From a virus, in IMG/VR virus record IMGVR_UViG_3300035034_000707, positions 21,130 to 85,129 of that record: a stretch of 64,000 nucleotides of DNA, one strand, 5' to 3'. Of the stretch, positions 19,278 through 28,566 are shown piece after piece. Numbering within the stretch: position 1 is the first letter of the stretch; every line of letters starts with the position of its first letter. A program made the position numbers and the translations under genes. The notes beneath the pieces were generated by a model. That model was not told where the DNA came from. It did no database searches and was given only the letters and a program-made list of their open reading frames with translations.

Positions 19278-20567
19278 ATGGCCTCTATGAACGCCAGTAC
19301 GGCGGGCCTTCGCGTCCTGCGGGGCATACTCGATCTGCCAACTAAACATGCCGGGGCTGAACTCATGCGGGTTCAGCCCTACCTCACCTATGACGAAGAC
19401 CAGAAGGTGTTCGACTTCGTGCGGTCTCACTTCGCCAGCACTGGAAAGATGCCGCACCCCGATACTATTCTGGACAAGGTATCAGTGTTCCTACCTCCGG
19501 CTCAGGAGACTTTCGATTTTGAAGTTGGTCAGCTAAAGAACCGCTTCATAGAAGACTCAATGCGCGCCGCCTCGGACAAGGCTTCCTCTCTCCTACTGGA
19601 AGGCAATGCGAAGGCGGCGCTGGCGTCCCTCATAAGCGACCTCCTACCGGTCACACAGGGGCAAGGGGGCTATTCCCTTACCGACCTACGCCATACGCAG
19701 GTCGTGGCCCTCTATGAGCAGGCTCTGGCAGGGCTGGGGCCTCCCATCGAAGAGTTGGGATACCCTAGCCTTGACGCGCAGGGCGGGATCGAAAACGGGG
19801 ACATGATGGCGATTGTCGGAAGACCGGCTTCTGGCAAGACATGGCTTATGCTGAAAACGGCGCTCAACCATTGGTCCAAGCAGGCAGAACCCCATATGTT
19901 CGTTACTCAGGAAATGAGCGCGGAACAGATCGAACGCCGGGCCTTACCCATGATAGCCGGTGTCAACCCCACCCCACTCTACAAGGGGTCAGCCCATACC
20001 TACGAAGTTGGGGGCCTGACGCATGAAGCCTATTTGTCAAAGCTGGAAGAGGCCCGGGTAATGTTGAACCATGCTCAGTCCCCTTTCCTTATCTACGATA
20101 GCAAGATGGCCGGGACCGTGGCGGACATAGAAACCATCGCGGCGATGCACGGGGTAAAACGTATCTGGATAGACGGGGCTTATATGCTCCGACACCCTGA
20201 CCCGCGCCTAGGCAGGTACGCCCGCGTCCCTGAAAACCTAGACTTGATGAAACAATGGTGTCAGCGGACGGGGTGCGCTACCATATCCTCATGGCAGTTT
20301 AAGCGCGGGGCCGGGAAGGACGAACAAGGGGGCACACCTGATCTGGATGATATCGGCTACTCTCACGCTATCGGGGAATATATGACGCTCATCCTCGGCC
20401 TGCTGGAAAATCCGAAGTCCGTGGCGCAGATGAACAAGAAACACATTACGATTATGAAAGGCCGCAACGGGGAAGTTGGGGGGTTCGACATAAACTGGTT
20501 GTTCTCCGATATGAACTTCGATGAAATTACCCCGCAGGAAATGACATCAGACCTGACCTACCTATGA
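19278..20567 (+). CDS. dnaB: DnaB-like replicative helicase
   Basis: GRPASGKT, QEMS, IWIDGAY, KGRNGE. Confidence 0.9.
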   Translation: MASMNASTAGLRVLRGILDLPTKHAGAELMRVQPYLTYDEDQKVFDFVRSHFASTGKMPHPDTILDKVSVFLPPAQETFDFEVGQLKNRFIEDSMRAASDKASSLLLEGNAKAALASLISDLLPVTQGQGGYSLTDLRHTQVVALYEQALAGLGPPIEELGYPSLDAQGGIENGDMMAIVGRPASGKTWLMLKTALNHWSKQAEPHMFVTQEMSAEQIERRALPMIAGVNPTPLYKGSAHTYEVGGLTHEAYLSKLEEARVMLNHAQSPFLIYDSKMAGTVADIETIAAMHGVKRIWIDGAYMLRHPDPRLGRYARVPENLDLMKQWCQRTGCATISSWQFKRGAGKDEQGGTPDLDDIGYSHAIGEYMTLILGLLENPKSVAQMNKKHITIMKGRNGEVGGFDINWLFSDMNFDEITPQEMTSDLTYL

Positions 20568-20576
20568 TCAAACTGG

Positions 20577-20605
20577 TTGACTAACGCTACAAGGGGGCTT
20601 AGTAT
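20577..20605 (+). promoter_or_regulatory. Phage promoter TTGACT-17-TAGTAT
   Basis: GGTTGACTAAC; leader CACCACA. Confidence 0.75.
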
Positions 20606-20641
20606 GGCCTCATAACCACCACACTCGAAAAGGATCACCAA

Positions 20642-21130
20642 ATGCCTAAGATTGGAAATATCACGCTGCCTACCGTGACGTTGAGCGGACAGGACCCGGC
20701 AGACGTTGCCGCACTTCTCAAGGATAAGAACATGCCCTTGGAGGCGATGGTAGAAGTTGCCATCTATTGCAAGCGCGAACGCGAAAAGGCAGAGGCCCTA
20801 GCGCCTATCGAAGACCTGATGCGCGCCCGCCTCAAGAAAGCCTATGCTGCCATGCCGCCGGAAAAGCGGGTAACCACGCGCACCGAAGTTGGGATGCTGA
20901 CCTACACGGCGGAAGCTGAAACGATCACGCTCAAGGACCGGGACAAGACGGTCGAAATGCTGACTGATGAACAAATTCGGATTACATACAAGCCTGATCT
21001 AAAGGCGCTCAAAACGATTATGAAACCGGCAGAATTCAATCGGCACGTCACGCGCGGCAAAAGTGATCCTAAGATCACCTTACGGGATAACCGGGCCAGT
21101 GATGAATACTCCGAACTGGACGACTTCTAA
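20642..21130 (+). CDS. Hypothetical protein
   Basis: 162-aa ORF, RBS AAAGGA. Confidence 0.75.
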   Translation: MPKIGNITLPTVTLSGQDPADVAALLKDKNMPLEAMVEVAIYCKREREKAEALAPIEDLMRARLKKAYAAMPPEKRVTTRTEVGMLTYTAEAETITLKDRDKTVEMLTDEQIRITYKPDLKALKTIMKPAEFNRHVTRGKSDPKITLRDNRASDEYSELDDF

Positions 21131-21133
21131 ACG

Positions 21134-22102
21134 ATGGAAACAGACATCGGAAATGAAGAGGCTATTCGTGCAGTCCTTGAACAAATGGGCGTCACGATAG
21201 GCGATACGAAGCGGGGGTGGGTCCATTCATCCTGCCCCCTAGCGGCCTATAACCACACAGGCGGCGTTGATAACAACCCCTCCTTCGGCGTCGTTTACAA
21301 CTCAGCAGAGGCTCATAAGGAGGAAGGCCACGCTCACTGTTTCTCATGTGGCTATTCTGGTGACGTGCGGGAAATCGCTTCTTTGCTCTATGCCTACAAG
21401 GACCTAACCGTCGCAGACCTCGGGGCTGTTATGACAACGATGGAAACGGTCAAGACGGGCAACCTTCCGCTATCCCTATCGACCCACAACCTTGACGACC
21501 CGTTCCCGGACGAAGACTGGCTAATCAGCTTTCCTCCGGTAGACCCCTCGCACACACGCGCCTGCGAGTACCTGAACGCCCGGGGGATCAGCCCCCGCGT
21601 TGCCATGCACTTCGATGTTCGGTTTGACCCCCAGAGATACCGCGTCTGCTTTCCCCTACGCGACCGCGCGCAGCGGTTTCGAGGCCTTATTGGACGCACC
21701 CTAATCCCGAACCCAGAGGGGCCACGCTATTTCTACTACCCCTATAAGGGCAATGCCCCTCGGGGATTTACTTGGTGGAACGAAAACGAACTGGACCTTT
21801 CAAAACCTATCGTCGTGGTCGAAGGCATCTTTGATGCGCTCAAGGTATGGCAGACCTACAGGAACGTCACGGCGGCGCTGTCTATCGGGTTCCGGCACCC
21901 CGGCCTCGGATGGAATACAGGGGTGTCTCGCTGGATTAGCATGTTCGATGTAGGGCAGGGAGGGCAGCTTGCTCGGGGCCGTTTGGATAAACTCGCCAGC
22001 AAAGGCTCACGAGTATGGCACCTGCCCCCGCCTCCGGGCCGGGATGATCCGGGTGAAGCCACTCCAGCAGAGATTAAGGCGCAGCTAGAGACCCTGAAAT
22101 AA
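21134..22102 (+). CDS. DNA primase (Zn finger + TOPRIM)
   Basis: CP..H..HCFSC; VVEGIFDAL; DDPGE. Confidence 0.85.
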   Translation: METDIGNEEAIRAVLEQMGVTIGDTKRGWVHSSCPLAAYNHTGGVDNNPSFGVVYNSAEAHKEEGHAHCFSCGYSGDVREIASLLYAYKDLTVADLGAVMTTMETVKTGNLPLSLSTHNLDDPFPDEDWLISFPPVDPSHTRACEYLNARGISPRVAMHFDVRFDPQRYRVCFPLRDRAQRFRGLIGRTLIPNPEGPRYFYYPYKGNAPRGFTWWNENELDLSKPIVVVEGIFDALKVWQTYRNVTAALSIGFRHPGLGWNTGVSRWISMFDVGQGGQLARGRLDKLASKGSRVWHLPPPPGRDDPGEATPAEIKAQLETLK

Positions 22103-22106
22103 AGGG

Positions 22107-22135
22107 TAGGCAAACGCTTCGGAAGAGACTAGACT
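22107..22135 (+). promoter_or_regulatory. Variant promoter TAGGCA-17-TAGACT
   Basis: Keeps AAC after -35 and 17-bp spacer; intergenic. Confidence 0.4.
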
Positions 22136-22188
22136 GACTAAGCCGCCTATGGCGCGCACTACTTTACACCCCCGAAAGGAACAGCCAG

Positions 22189-23208
22189 ATGGCTATCAAA
22201 ATTCACGGCTCTAAACCAGCTACGGCTACCAAGCAGGCTCCGGCCTCTGACACTCAGACAGACCTAGGGACCATAGGCGGCACGACGACCGCCACGCCCT
22301 CAGAGACGCCTCAGGAAAGCACTAATGCTACCCCCTCGGCGGATACCTCCCCAACAACACAAAGCGCCCCAGCGACCAATATAGAGGCCCCCGGCACTCA
22401 AACGGGCGCAGCCTTCCTTATGACGGGGACACAACAGAGAACCCAAGTTGATCAGGTCAAAGCGGTTCAGGACCTTCGCTCCAAACTCAGGGGAGGCGCG
22501 CGGGAATTCTGGTTGAACCCCGGGGAATTCGCCAAACTGTATTTTCTTGATGGTAAGCTGCTTTCGGATAACGTCTTTGACACGCCGATGATCAGCGTAC
22601 ACTTCCTGCAAATCGGCGGAAACTGGGCCAAGTTTGTGTGCAACCGACACACCGAGGGAAACTGCGTAGTTTGCGATAGCAACGCGGATGGGACCCAGCC
22701 TATGACGTTTCAGCTTTTCACCGTGATCAACGCGATGCCCTACACCATTCAGGGTGGACCGAACAAAGGCAAGGTGTTGCCCGCGCGGCTCCAACTATTC
22801 CCTGCCACACTCAAGGTTCGGGAAAAGTTGATGAAGCGCGCCCAGAACCATGACAACAAGCTGGCGGGGTCCTTCTATCAATTCAGTCGTGAGTCCAAAC
22901 AAGCGGCCCGCACTGGCGACGATATAGAATACATGCAGGATGTTCCCATGCAGGGTGTGTTGAACAAGTATCCAATGCTTGGGACGCAGTACAGCGCCAC
23001 GAAGAAAGCATGGGAAGACGCGCCCACAACAGTCTACGACTATGCCAAAGTCTACCCGATCCTGACCAACGCGGAAATTGCCAGCCTCCGGCCCGATATT
23101 GCCAGCATGGCGGGCTTTACCGCCTATCAACCCCTTGATAACAACTCTACGGTATCGGGCTTTGGCAACGATCCTACTAAGGACATGGACTCAGAAATTC
23201 CATTTTGA
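22189..23208 (+). CDS. Single-stranded DNA-binding protein (gp32-like, Zn-binding)
   Basis: H..C..CVVC, acidic tail DMDSEIPF, replication cluster. Confidence 0.7.
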   Translation: MAIKIHGSKPATATKQAPASDTQTDLGTIGGTTTATPSETPQESTNATPSADTSPTTQSAPATNIEAPGTQTGAAFLMTGTQQRTQVDQVKAVQDLRSKLRGGAREFWLNPGEFAKLYFLDGKLLSDNVFDTPMISVHFLQIGGNWAKFVCNRHTEGNCVVCDSNADGTQPMTFQLFTVINAMPYTIQGGPNKGKVLPARLQLFPATLKVREKLMKRAQNHDNKLAGSFYQFSRESKQAARTGDDIEYMQDVPMQGVLNKYPMLGTQYSATKKAWEDAPTTVYDYAKVYPILTNAEIASLRPDIASMAGFTAYQPLDNNSTVSGFGNDPTKDMDSEIPF

Positions 23209-23249
23209 GAATTATTGGCAGGTAGGAATACCCCCTTAACCGGGGGTTA

Positions 23250-23295
23250 GAGGCGCGGTTCCGCATGGAAGCTGAGGGGACCGCGCTTCACTTTT
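23250..23295 (+). terminator. Long hairpin/terminator between SSB and helicase
   Basis: GAGGCGCGGTTCC/GGGACCGCGCTTC stem then ACTTTT. Confidence 0.55.
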
Positions 23296-23307
23296 AAGGA
23301 TCACCAC

Positions 23308-24666
23308 ATGAGCACAGTCCCCTCCGACTTCCCCAAGATGCTCGCACCGCCGGAAGAGGTAGACGCCCTCGCTTGGTATGACGAACATGATCACGCCTAT
23401 GAACTGTCCAAGATGCAGTATCAGGCGCGGGATGAAGTGGTCCCCCTCCGGCGCTACCACCCGAACAAACACCACTTGGTAGGGGTCCCCCGGACACTGG
23501 CCCCCTCGGGCGTCACAGCGAACGATAACCGGGCCGTGGGGGCCTTTGACTTCGATGCCTCGTTTCAGTCAGACCTCCGGGAAGAACAAGTCCCCTTCGT
23601 GGAACAGGTGTTTCACACGCTGGAAACCGAACAGGGCTGTATAGGGGAAGCCCCTACCGGCTTCGGTAAGACGACTACCGGGTGCGCCCTGACGTGCCGC
23701 ATAGGACGCCCCGTATGTATCGTGGTTCCCAAGGGCGATCTGGATTGGGACAAGGAAATGCTCCACCACACCAGCATCCCGAAAGAAAAGATCGACTTCT
23801 GGTCAGGGCAACACCTACCGGACCCGGGCGCTTGGGTCGTGATAGCCTCGCTGCAATCAGTCTACCGCGACGGCATCTACCCGCAGGCAGTCTATAACCG
23901 CTTCGCCTGCCTGATAGTCGATGAAGTCCACAGAATAGCTTCCGCTGAATTCAGCGCGGTCATGCGGAAATTCCCGGCGATGTTTCGCCTCGGGCTATCG
24001 GCCACCCCGGAACGCCGCGACGGCAAGATGGACCTTATCCACGCACACATGGGATGGCGTCACATCATCGGCCAGTCAGACGCGGAACAGCCCAACTATT
24101 ATGTGATCAATTCAACGTGGATAGAACCGCTCGATGGTAAGGGCAAGATGATCCAGTATGACCCGTCCCGGACCAATCAGGCGAAGCGCAGCATGATGGC
24201 TGATCCGATCAGGAATTCACAAATCGCCGGTGCCGTCTACCGCGCCCACAAAGGCGGACGCCGCACCATAGTCTTCGTGGAACAGACGAAGCACGGGGAA
24301 AAGATCAAGGCCGCGCTCCGGTCGATGAACGTCCCGGCCAGTAGCATTGTGGAATACAATGGGGGGATAAACGCGGCGGACAAGAAACGCGCCAAGGACT
24401 GCTTGGCAGGTATTGTTCTGATCGCCACCTATAAGTATACGGCGGAAGGGACGAACATACCCCCACTTGATACCGCCGTCTTCGCTCACCCGATATATGA
24501 TCCACGACAGGCGGCAGGCCGTATCCTGAGAAAACTACCCGGGAAGCCCACCCCCATTGTGATTGACATATGGGATCGAAACTCTCAATCCCTGTCTCGG
24601 ATAGCAAAAGCCCGCTGGGAATACCTGAGAAAACAGGGGGCCACTTGGAAGGGTCTTTTCGGTTGA
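23308..24666 (+). CDS. Superfamily II DExH helicase
   Basis: APTGFGKT, DEVH, SAT, QAAGRILR. Confidence 0.9.
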   Translation: MSTVPSDFPKMLAPPEEVDALAWYDEHDHAYELSKMQYQARDEVVPLRRYHPNKHHLVGVPRTLAPSGVTANDNRAVGAFDFDASFQSDLREEQVPFVEQVFHTLETEQGCIGEAPTGFGKTTTGCALTCRIGRPVCIVVPKGDLDWDKEMLHHTSIPKEKIDFWSGQHLPDPGAWVVIASLQSVYRDGIYPQAVYNRFACLIVDEVHRIASAEFSAVMRKFPAMFRLGLSATPERRDGKMDLIHAHMGWRHIIGQSDAEQPNYYVINSTWIEPLDGKGKMIQYDPSRTNQAKRSMMADPIRNSQIAGAVYRAHKGGRRTIVFVEQTKHGEKIKAALRSMNVPASSIVEYNGGINAADKKRAKDCLAGIVLIATYKYTAEGTNIPPLDTAVFAHPIYDPRQAAGRILRKLPGKPTPIVIDIWDRNSQSLSRIAKARWEYLRKQGATWKGLFG

Positions 24667-24691
24667 CTAACGTAGCAGGGGGGTTTATCCT
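24663..24691 (+). promoter_or_regulatory. Phage promoter TTGACT-17-TATCCT
   Basis: GGTTGACTAAC overlapping helicase stop. Confidence 0.75.
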
Positions 24692-24720
24692 CAGTGAGCC
24701 TAGACCGGAAAGGTATGGAT

Positions 24721-25185
24721 ATGGGTTATACCCCCGAATGGTGGCAGCGCGAAGGCAAGAAGGTCGCTGCAAAACGCCGCAAGAAGTACGCCAATGACAA
24801 AGACTACCGTGAAGCCGCCAAGGCCCGGTCACGGGAATACCGTGAGCAGAAGAAACTCGAACGCGAGGCCTTCTATGCCAGTCCTTATCTGGAATTGAAT
24901 GGGGAGAAGGTAGCCGCGCTGACGGTAGACACCCTTTGCTCCGACCTTGGTATTGACAAGTCCCGTCTCAAATACATGCAGAAGGCTGGGTATATCCCTA
25001 CTGCTATCGTTAGCCGCCCGGTGCGCCTCTACACCGAGGCCCAGCGTGATAGGCTCCGGGAACTCGAAGCCTTCCTGCAAAAGAATTCGGCACACCTGCG
25101 GGTTCCGAATAGCGAAGCTGGCGTTATGGCGACTGCCAACTTAGAAACGCTTATTGCCACCATCAAAGCAAACTGGAAAAACTGA
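24721..25185 (+). CDS. MerR-like HTH DNA-binding protein
   Basis: TVDTLCSDLGIDKSRLKYMQKAGYIP...RLYTEAQ; RBS GAAAGG. Confidence 0.65.
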   Translation: MGYTPEWWQREGKKVAAKRRKKYANDKDYREAAKARSREYREQKKLEREAFYASPYLELNGEKVAALTVDTLCSDLGIDKSRLKYMQKAGYIPTAIVSRPVRLYTEAQRDRLRELEAFLQKNSAHLRVPNSEAGVMATANLETLIATIKANWKN

Positions 25186-25186
25186 A

Positions 25187-25567
25187 ATGGCTATTAAAAT
25201 TCACGAAAAGGCTCCGGCCCCTGAGCAAGCCCCAGATCAAGCCTCTGCACACGACGAAGCGGCTGCGGAAATTCAAACGGAAATCGGGAAGACCATGACC
25301 GAAGCTGGGACAGAGAAGGAACCGCTCAGTCAGACCATCCAGACAGAAAGCATACCGGTGAACCTCGCCTTCCCATTCGAGCGCATCGAAGTTGGCATGT
25401 CCTTCAAGATGCCGGTGGCCTCCTATACGATGCTGGAATTCTCGGTGCGCCGCTCTGTCCCGTTTAACCCGGTTGAGACCAACGCCGATACAGTCTTCGA
25501 CAGCACCCACAAATGGGTCGAAGAGAAGCTGAACCAGCTTATTGAAGAACAACAAAACGAAACATAA
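25187..25567 (+). CDS. Hypothetical protein
   Basis: ORF beginning MAIKIH, tightly packed. Confidence 0.7.
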   Translation: MAIKIHEKAPAPEQAPDQASAHDEAAAEIQTEIGKTMTEAGTEKEPLSQTIQTESIPVNLAFPFERIEVGMSFKMPVASYTMLEFSVRRSVPFNPVETNADTVFDSTHKWVEEKLNQLIEEQQNET

Positions 25568-25579
25568 AGGTGATCTTAC

Positions 25580-26695
25580 GTGCACAAGCTAACTGATGCA
25601 GTGTCCACGATCACCAAAGCATACGGCAAGACCGCAGGGGGACTGGGCTTCCGGTTCCCCTCCTTCGCCAGACTGCCCACAGGTATCTTGACGCTTGACC
25701 TAGCACTTGCTGGGGGAATACCGATGGGGGCCGTGTCCCTCATTTATGGAAATGAAAGTAGTGGGAAGACCTCCCTTGCGCTCCGCCTAGCCGCGCAGTT
25801 TCAGAAGAGGCACGGGAAGGGTAAGAACGCTCGGAAGGTTGTCTGGCTGGACGTGGAAAACGCATGGGATGAGGAGTGGGTACGACTTCACGGGGTTGAC
25901 CCGGATCAAGTCTACCTGTTTCGACCAACCACGGCGGAAGAGGCGGCGGACGTAGCCGACGAAGTGGCGATGGCACAGGACGCGGGCCTGATCATCGTGG
26001 ACTCCATTGCGGCCATGTCCTCTATCGACCAGCTAGAGAAGTCCGCAGAGAAGGTTGTGGTGGCCGGTGCGGCGAAGCCATCGACTACCCTACTGCGCAA
26101 GATAGGCGCGGGCATTACCGAACACGCAAAGGCTGGTCAGACCCTAACCGTCATTTATATCAATCAGCCTCGTATGAAAATCGGGTTTCATATGGGTAAC
26201 CCGGAATTCCTGCCCGGCCCCGTTATGCAGAACTTTCAAGCGTTTTTGAAACTACGCCTGACGGGCAAGGCTATCCTCAAGGAAAAGATATCCCCCATCC
26301 CGATCTACTCAGACAACACGGCTAAGATCGTCAAAAAGAAATTCCCATGTATCAGGCAGTCCTGTGAATGGCAGACGATGCTTTACCCGTGGGAACATGC
26401 CGGGAAGAAACACTGGCCGCTGGAAGTCAACAACCGGACACATGCCGAAGCCCTCTTGGAAGACCTCGACTACCTCAGCAAGAGCGCGACCGTGAAAGGG
26501 AAGTGGGACCTGTTCGACATCGAACACCCAGACGCCGGGGAACTGCTGCAATTCCCGACGAAGACGGCGGCGGTAGACTGGGCCGTGGAACGGTATGATG
26601 CTCTCACTAAATTCCTGATTGACGACCTCCTTCTGCTCTACAAAGACGATATCAAGAAGCAGCTAGAGGAAGCCGAGAAAGCAGGCCACAAGTGA
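25580..26695 (+). CDS. recA: RecA/UvsX-like recombinase
   Basis: PTGILTLDLALAGGIP, GNESSGKT, IIVDSIAAM, YINQ. Confidence 0.92.
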   Translation: MHKLTDAVSTITKAYGKTAGGLGFRFPSFARLPTGILTLDLALAGGIPMGAVSLIYGNESSGKTSLALRLAAQFQKRHGKGKNARKVVWLDVENAWDEEWVRLHGVDPDQVYLFRPTTAEEAADVADEVAMAQDAGLIIVDSIAAMSSIDQLEKSAEKVVVAGAAKPSTTLLRKIGAGITEHAKAGQTLTVIYINQPRMKIGFHMGNPEFLPGPVMQNFQAFLKLRLTGKAILKEKISPIPIYSDNTAKIVKKKFPCIRQSCEWQTMLYPWEHAGKKHWPLEVNNRTHAEALLEDLDYLSKSATVKGKWDLFDIEHPDAGELLQFPTKTAAVDWAVERYDALTKFLIDDLLLLYKDDIKKQLEEAEKAGHK

Positions 26696-27024
26696 GCATC
26701 CGGCGAAACTTCCCCGCAGATAACCCCCGCGAATATGGCAACCGCAAAGAGGCTGGTATCGTCAAGCGTGGTGGCTATAAGACCACCCCGAACTCCGGGG
26801 CGTCCAGCGTCAAGGGGGACCTCCGGCGGGGAAAATGGATGGTCGAAGTTAAGGCGACGAAGCACGCCAGCTTCCCGGTCACCGCTGAGATAATGGGAAA
26901 ACTGCGCAACGATGGGTTGACGAACGGTAAACCGGGGGTTCTAATAGTGGAAATCGGGACAGGCGAGAAATTTGCCGTGATGCCCCTCTCACAATTCGAA
27001 AGGCTCGTGCCAGACGATGATTAA
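26692..27024 (+). CDS. Small PD-(D/E)xK nuclease (resolvase-like)
   Basis: SGA..KGD...VEVK. Confidence 0.65.
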   Translation: MSIRRNFPADNPREYGNRKEAGIVKRGGYKTTPNSGASSVKGDLRRGKWMVEVKATKHASFPVTAEIMGKLRNDGLTNGKPGVLIVEIGTGEKFAVMPLSQFERLVPDDD

Positions 27025-27991
27025 ATTCAAATCGAAGACCCCTGCCCCGGAACCACCCAAAAAAGGGAAGGCCGCGCCCGCCGAAAGCGCAGACCATGAA
27101 CCCTTGTTCCAGATAAAAGACTTCCCCGAGAACCACGTTCTTTACCATATCCACAAGAATACCCCTGCGCCCCGCTCCGCACGGCCACATGACGTGGTGC
27201 ACGCCTCCGATCTTGACCCGGTGCGCAACTGGTGTCCGAAAGAACCGGCGCTCCTGACGCTCCATAAGAAAAAACGGAAGTCAGACTTTGTATCGACTGC
27301 ACAGCGTATGACATGGGGTATGGGCTACAAGGGGGCCGATCTTCTCATGGACCTTATCCCTAGGCAAAAGGTATGGGGTAACTGGAAGTGCCGATCATGC
27401 AGCCACGAAATGAAATTCAGCTACTCCCCTACAAAGTGCGGCGGTTGCGGCGGAAACTGGAAAGCTATCAGGTATGTGGAAGTCTTCCTGCGTGATCCGG
27501 TCAGTAAGATCGTGGGGTCAGTCGATTGTTTTGTGGATATCCTCGGGAACGGTATCAAGACGCCGATGGAATTCAAGACGGAAGGCAACAGTAGTTTCAA
27601 GCCGCGAACGAAGCCCGAGTTTGATCACGAGTGGCGCACGATGCTTTATCTCTGGCTGATCGCCCAAACGCCCGGGATGGTAGACAAGGGCCTAAACCCG
27701 AATGAAGGCCGGGTGCTCTACTTTACGAAGGAAGGCTGGGCCGACTGCCCTAAGATCAAGGAATGGAAACTGTCTGACTGGCCGAAGTCCTCAGTCAAGG
27801 AATACTGGGTCAACCGAAATGACAGCATGGTGGCGAACAAGATAGACGCCGCGATGTCCTATAGGCTCTGGCGTGAGAAGCATGATCTTGGGGTAAGCCC
27901 GAACGATAACCCGATGCCCGAACGGGTATGTCAAACCGCGCAAGACACGAAGGCGAAAAACTGTGTCGTGTGCAAGGAGTGTTTCAAATGA
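27017..27991 (+). CDS. Cas4/RecB-like exonuclease with Cys cluster and Zn ribbon
   Basis: HASDL..CP, GSVD..EFKT, C-terminal Cys cluster; CRSC..CGGC insert. Confidence 0.7.
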   Translation: MIKFKSKTPAPEPPKKGKAAPAESADHEPLFQIKDFPENHVLYHIHKNTPAPRSARPHDVVHASDLDPVRNWCPKEPALLTLHKKKRKSDFVSTAQRMTWGMGYKGADLLMDLIPRQKVWGNWKCRSCSHEMKFSYSPTKCGGCGGNWKAIRYVEVFLRDPVSKIVGSVDCFVDILGNGIKTPMEFKTEGNSSFKPRTKPEFDHEWRTMLYLWLIAQTPGMVDKGLNPNEGRVLYFTKEGWADCPKIKEWKLSDWPKSSVKEYWVNRNDSMVANKIDAAMSYRLWREKHDLGVSPNDNPMPERVCQTAQDTKAKNCVVCKECFK

Positions 27992-28512
27992 GGGTATGTG
28001 GCTGCGACCCGGACCTGAACGGCGGCTTTGCCGTGATTGACACGCAGACCCTAGAAATAGTCTCTCTGCGCCTCATGCCGCTCTTTGTCCCCCCGGTAAA
28101 GGGCAAGAGACGCATCGACGCACAGGGGGCCTTTGAACTTCTCAAGGAAGCGCGCCGCGTTGGGGCTGAATATGTCGCGCTGGAACAGGCCGTGGTCAAG
28201 CCTCAGATATCTTCCAAAGGCCCGGCGATGATGGGCAGCGTTCATACCGTTCATCAGAACTATGGGATGCTGCGCGCGCTATGTGAAATCATGTTTAGCA
28301 GAAGTCGCGTGATTGACGCTTGGCCCTCTACATGGAAAAAGGATATGGGTCTAACCTCGGACAAAAACCTGTCACTGGAAAAAGCGATAGCCCTCTACCC
28401 CTCTCATACCTCACTCTTTGCCAAGAAAAAGAACGTAGGTCTGGCTGAGTCCCTGTTACTGGCTCGGTGGGGCGCAGAAAAAGTGATCTTAAGATCATCG
28501 GGGGTTGACTAA
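27988..28512 (+). CDS. RuvC-like Holliday junction resolvase
   Basis: CGCDPDLNGG, ALEQ, PSTWKK, AESLLLA. Confidence 0.75.
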   Translation: MRVCGCDPDLNGGFAVIDTQTLEIVSLRLMPLFVPPVKGKRRIDAQGAFELLKEARRVGAEYVALEQAVVKPQISSKGPAMMGSVHTVHQNYGMLRALCEIMFSRSRVIDAWPSTWKKDMGLTSDKNLSLEKAIALYPSHTSLFAKKKNVGLAESLLLARWGAEKVILRSSGVD

Positions 28513-28533
28513 CGCCACGAAGGGGCTTAGGTT
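28505..28533 (+). promoter_or_regulatory. Phage promoter TTGACT-17-TAGGTT
   Basis: GGTTGACTAAC; 16-bp palindrome ends 6 bp upstream. Confidence 0.75.
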
Positions 28534-28566
28534 ACGAATACCACTAAGCAACAAAGGACAATCAAA

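Noticed and set aside
21063-21078. 16-bp palindrome as a CRP/FNR site or canonical parS
   Set aside because: Half-site spacing is 2 bp longer than the CRP core GTGATCTAGATCAC, and it does not match TGTTTCACGTGAAACA
24694-24720. GTG start at 24694 from the ORF track
   Set aside because: Lies upstream of the predicted TSS; ATG 24721 has a properly spaced RBS
27017-27991. CRISPR-Cas (Cas4-like gene; dispersed 16-bp repeats as an array)
   Set aside because: No repeat-spacer array or other cas genes seen; solo Cas4-like nucleases are common in phage recombination modules
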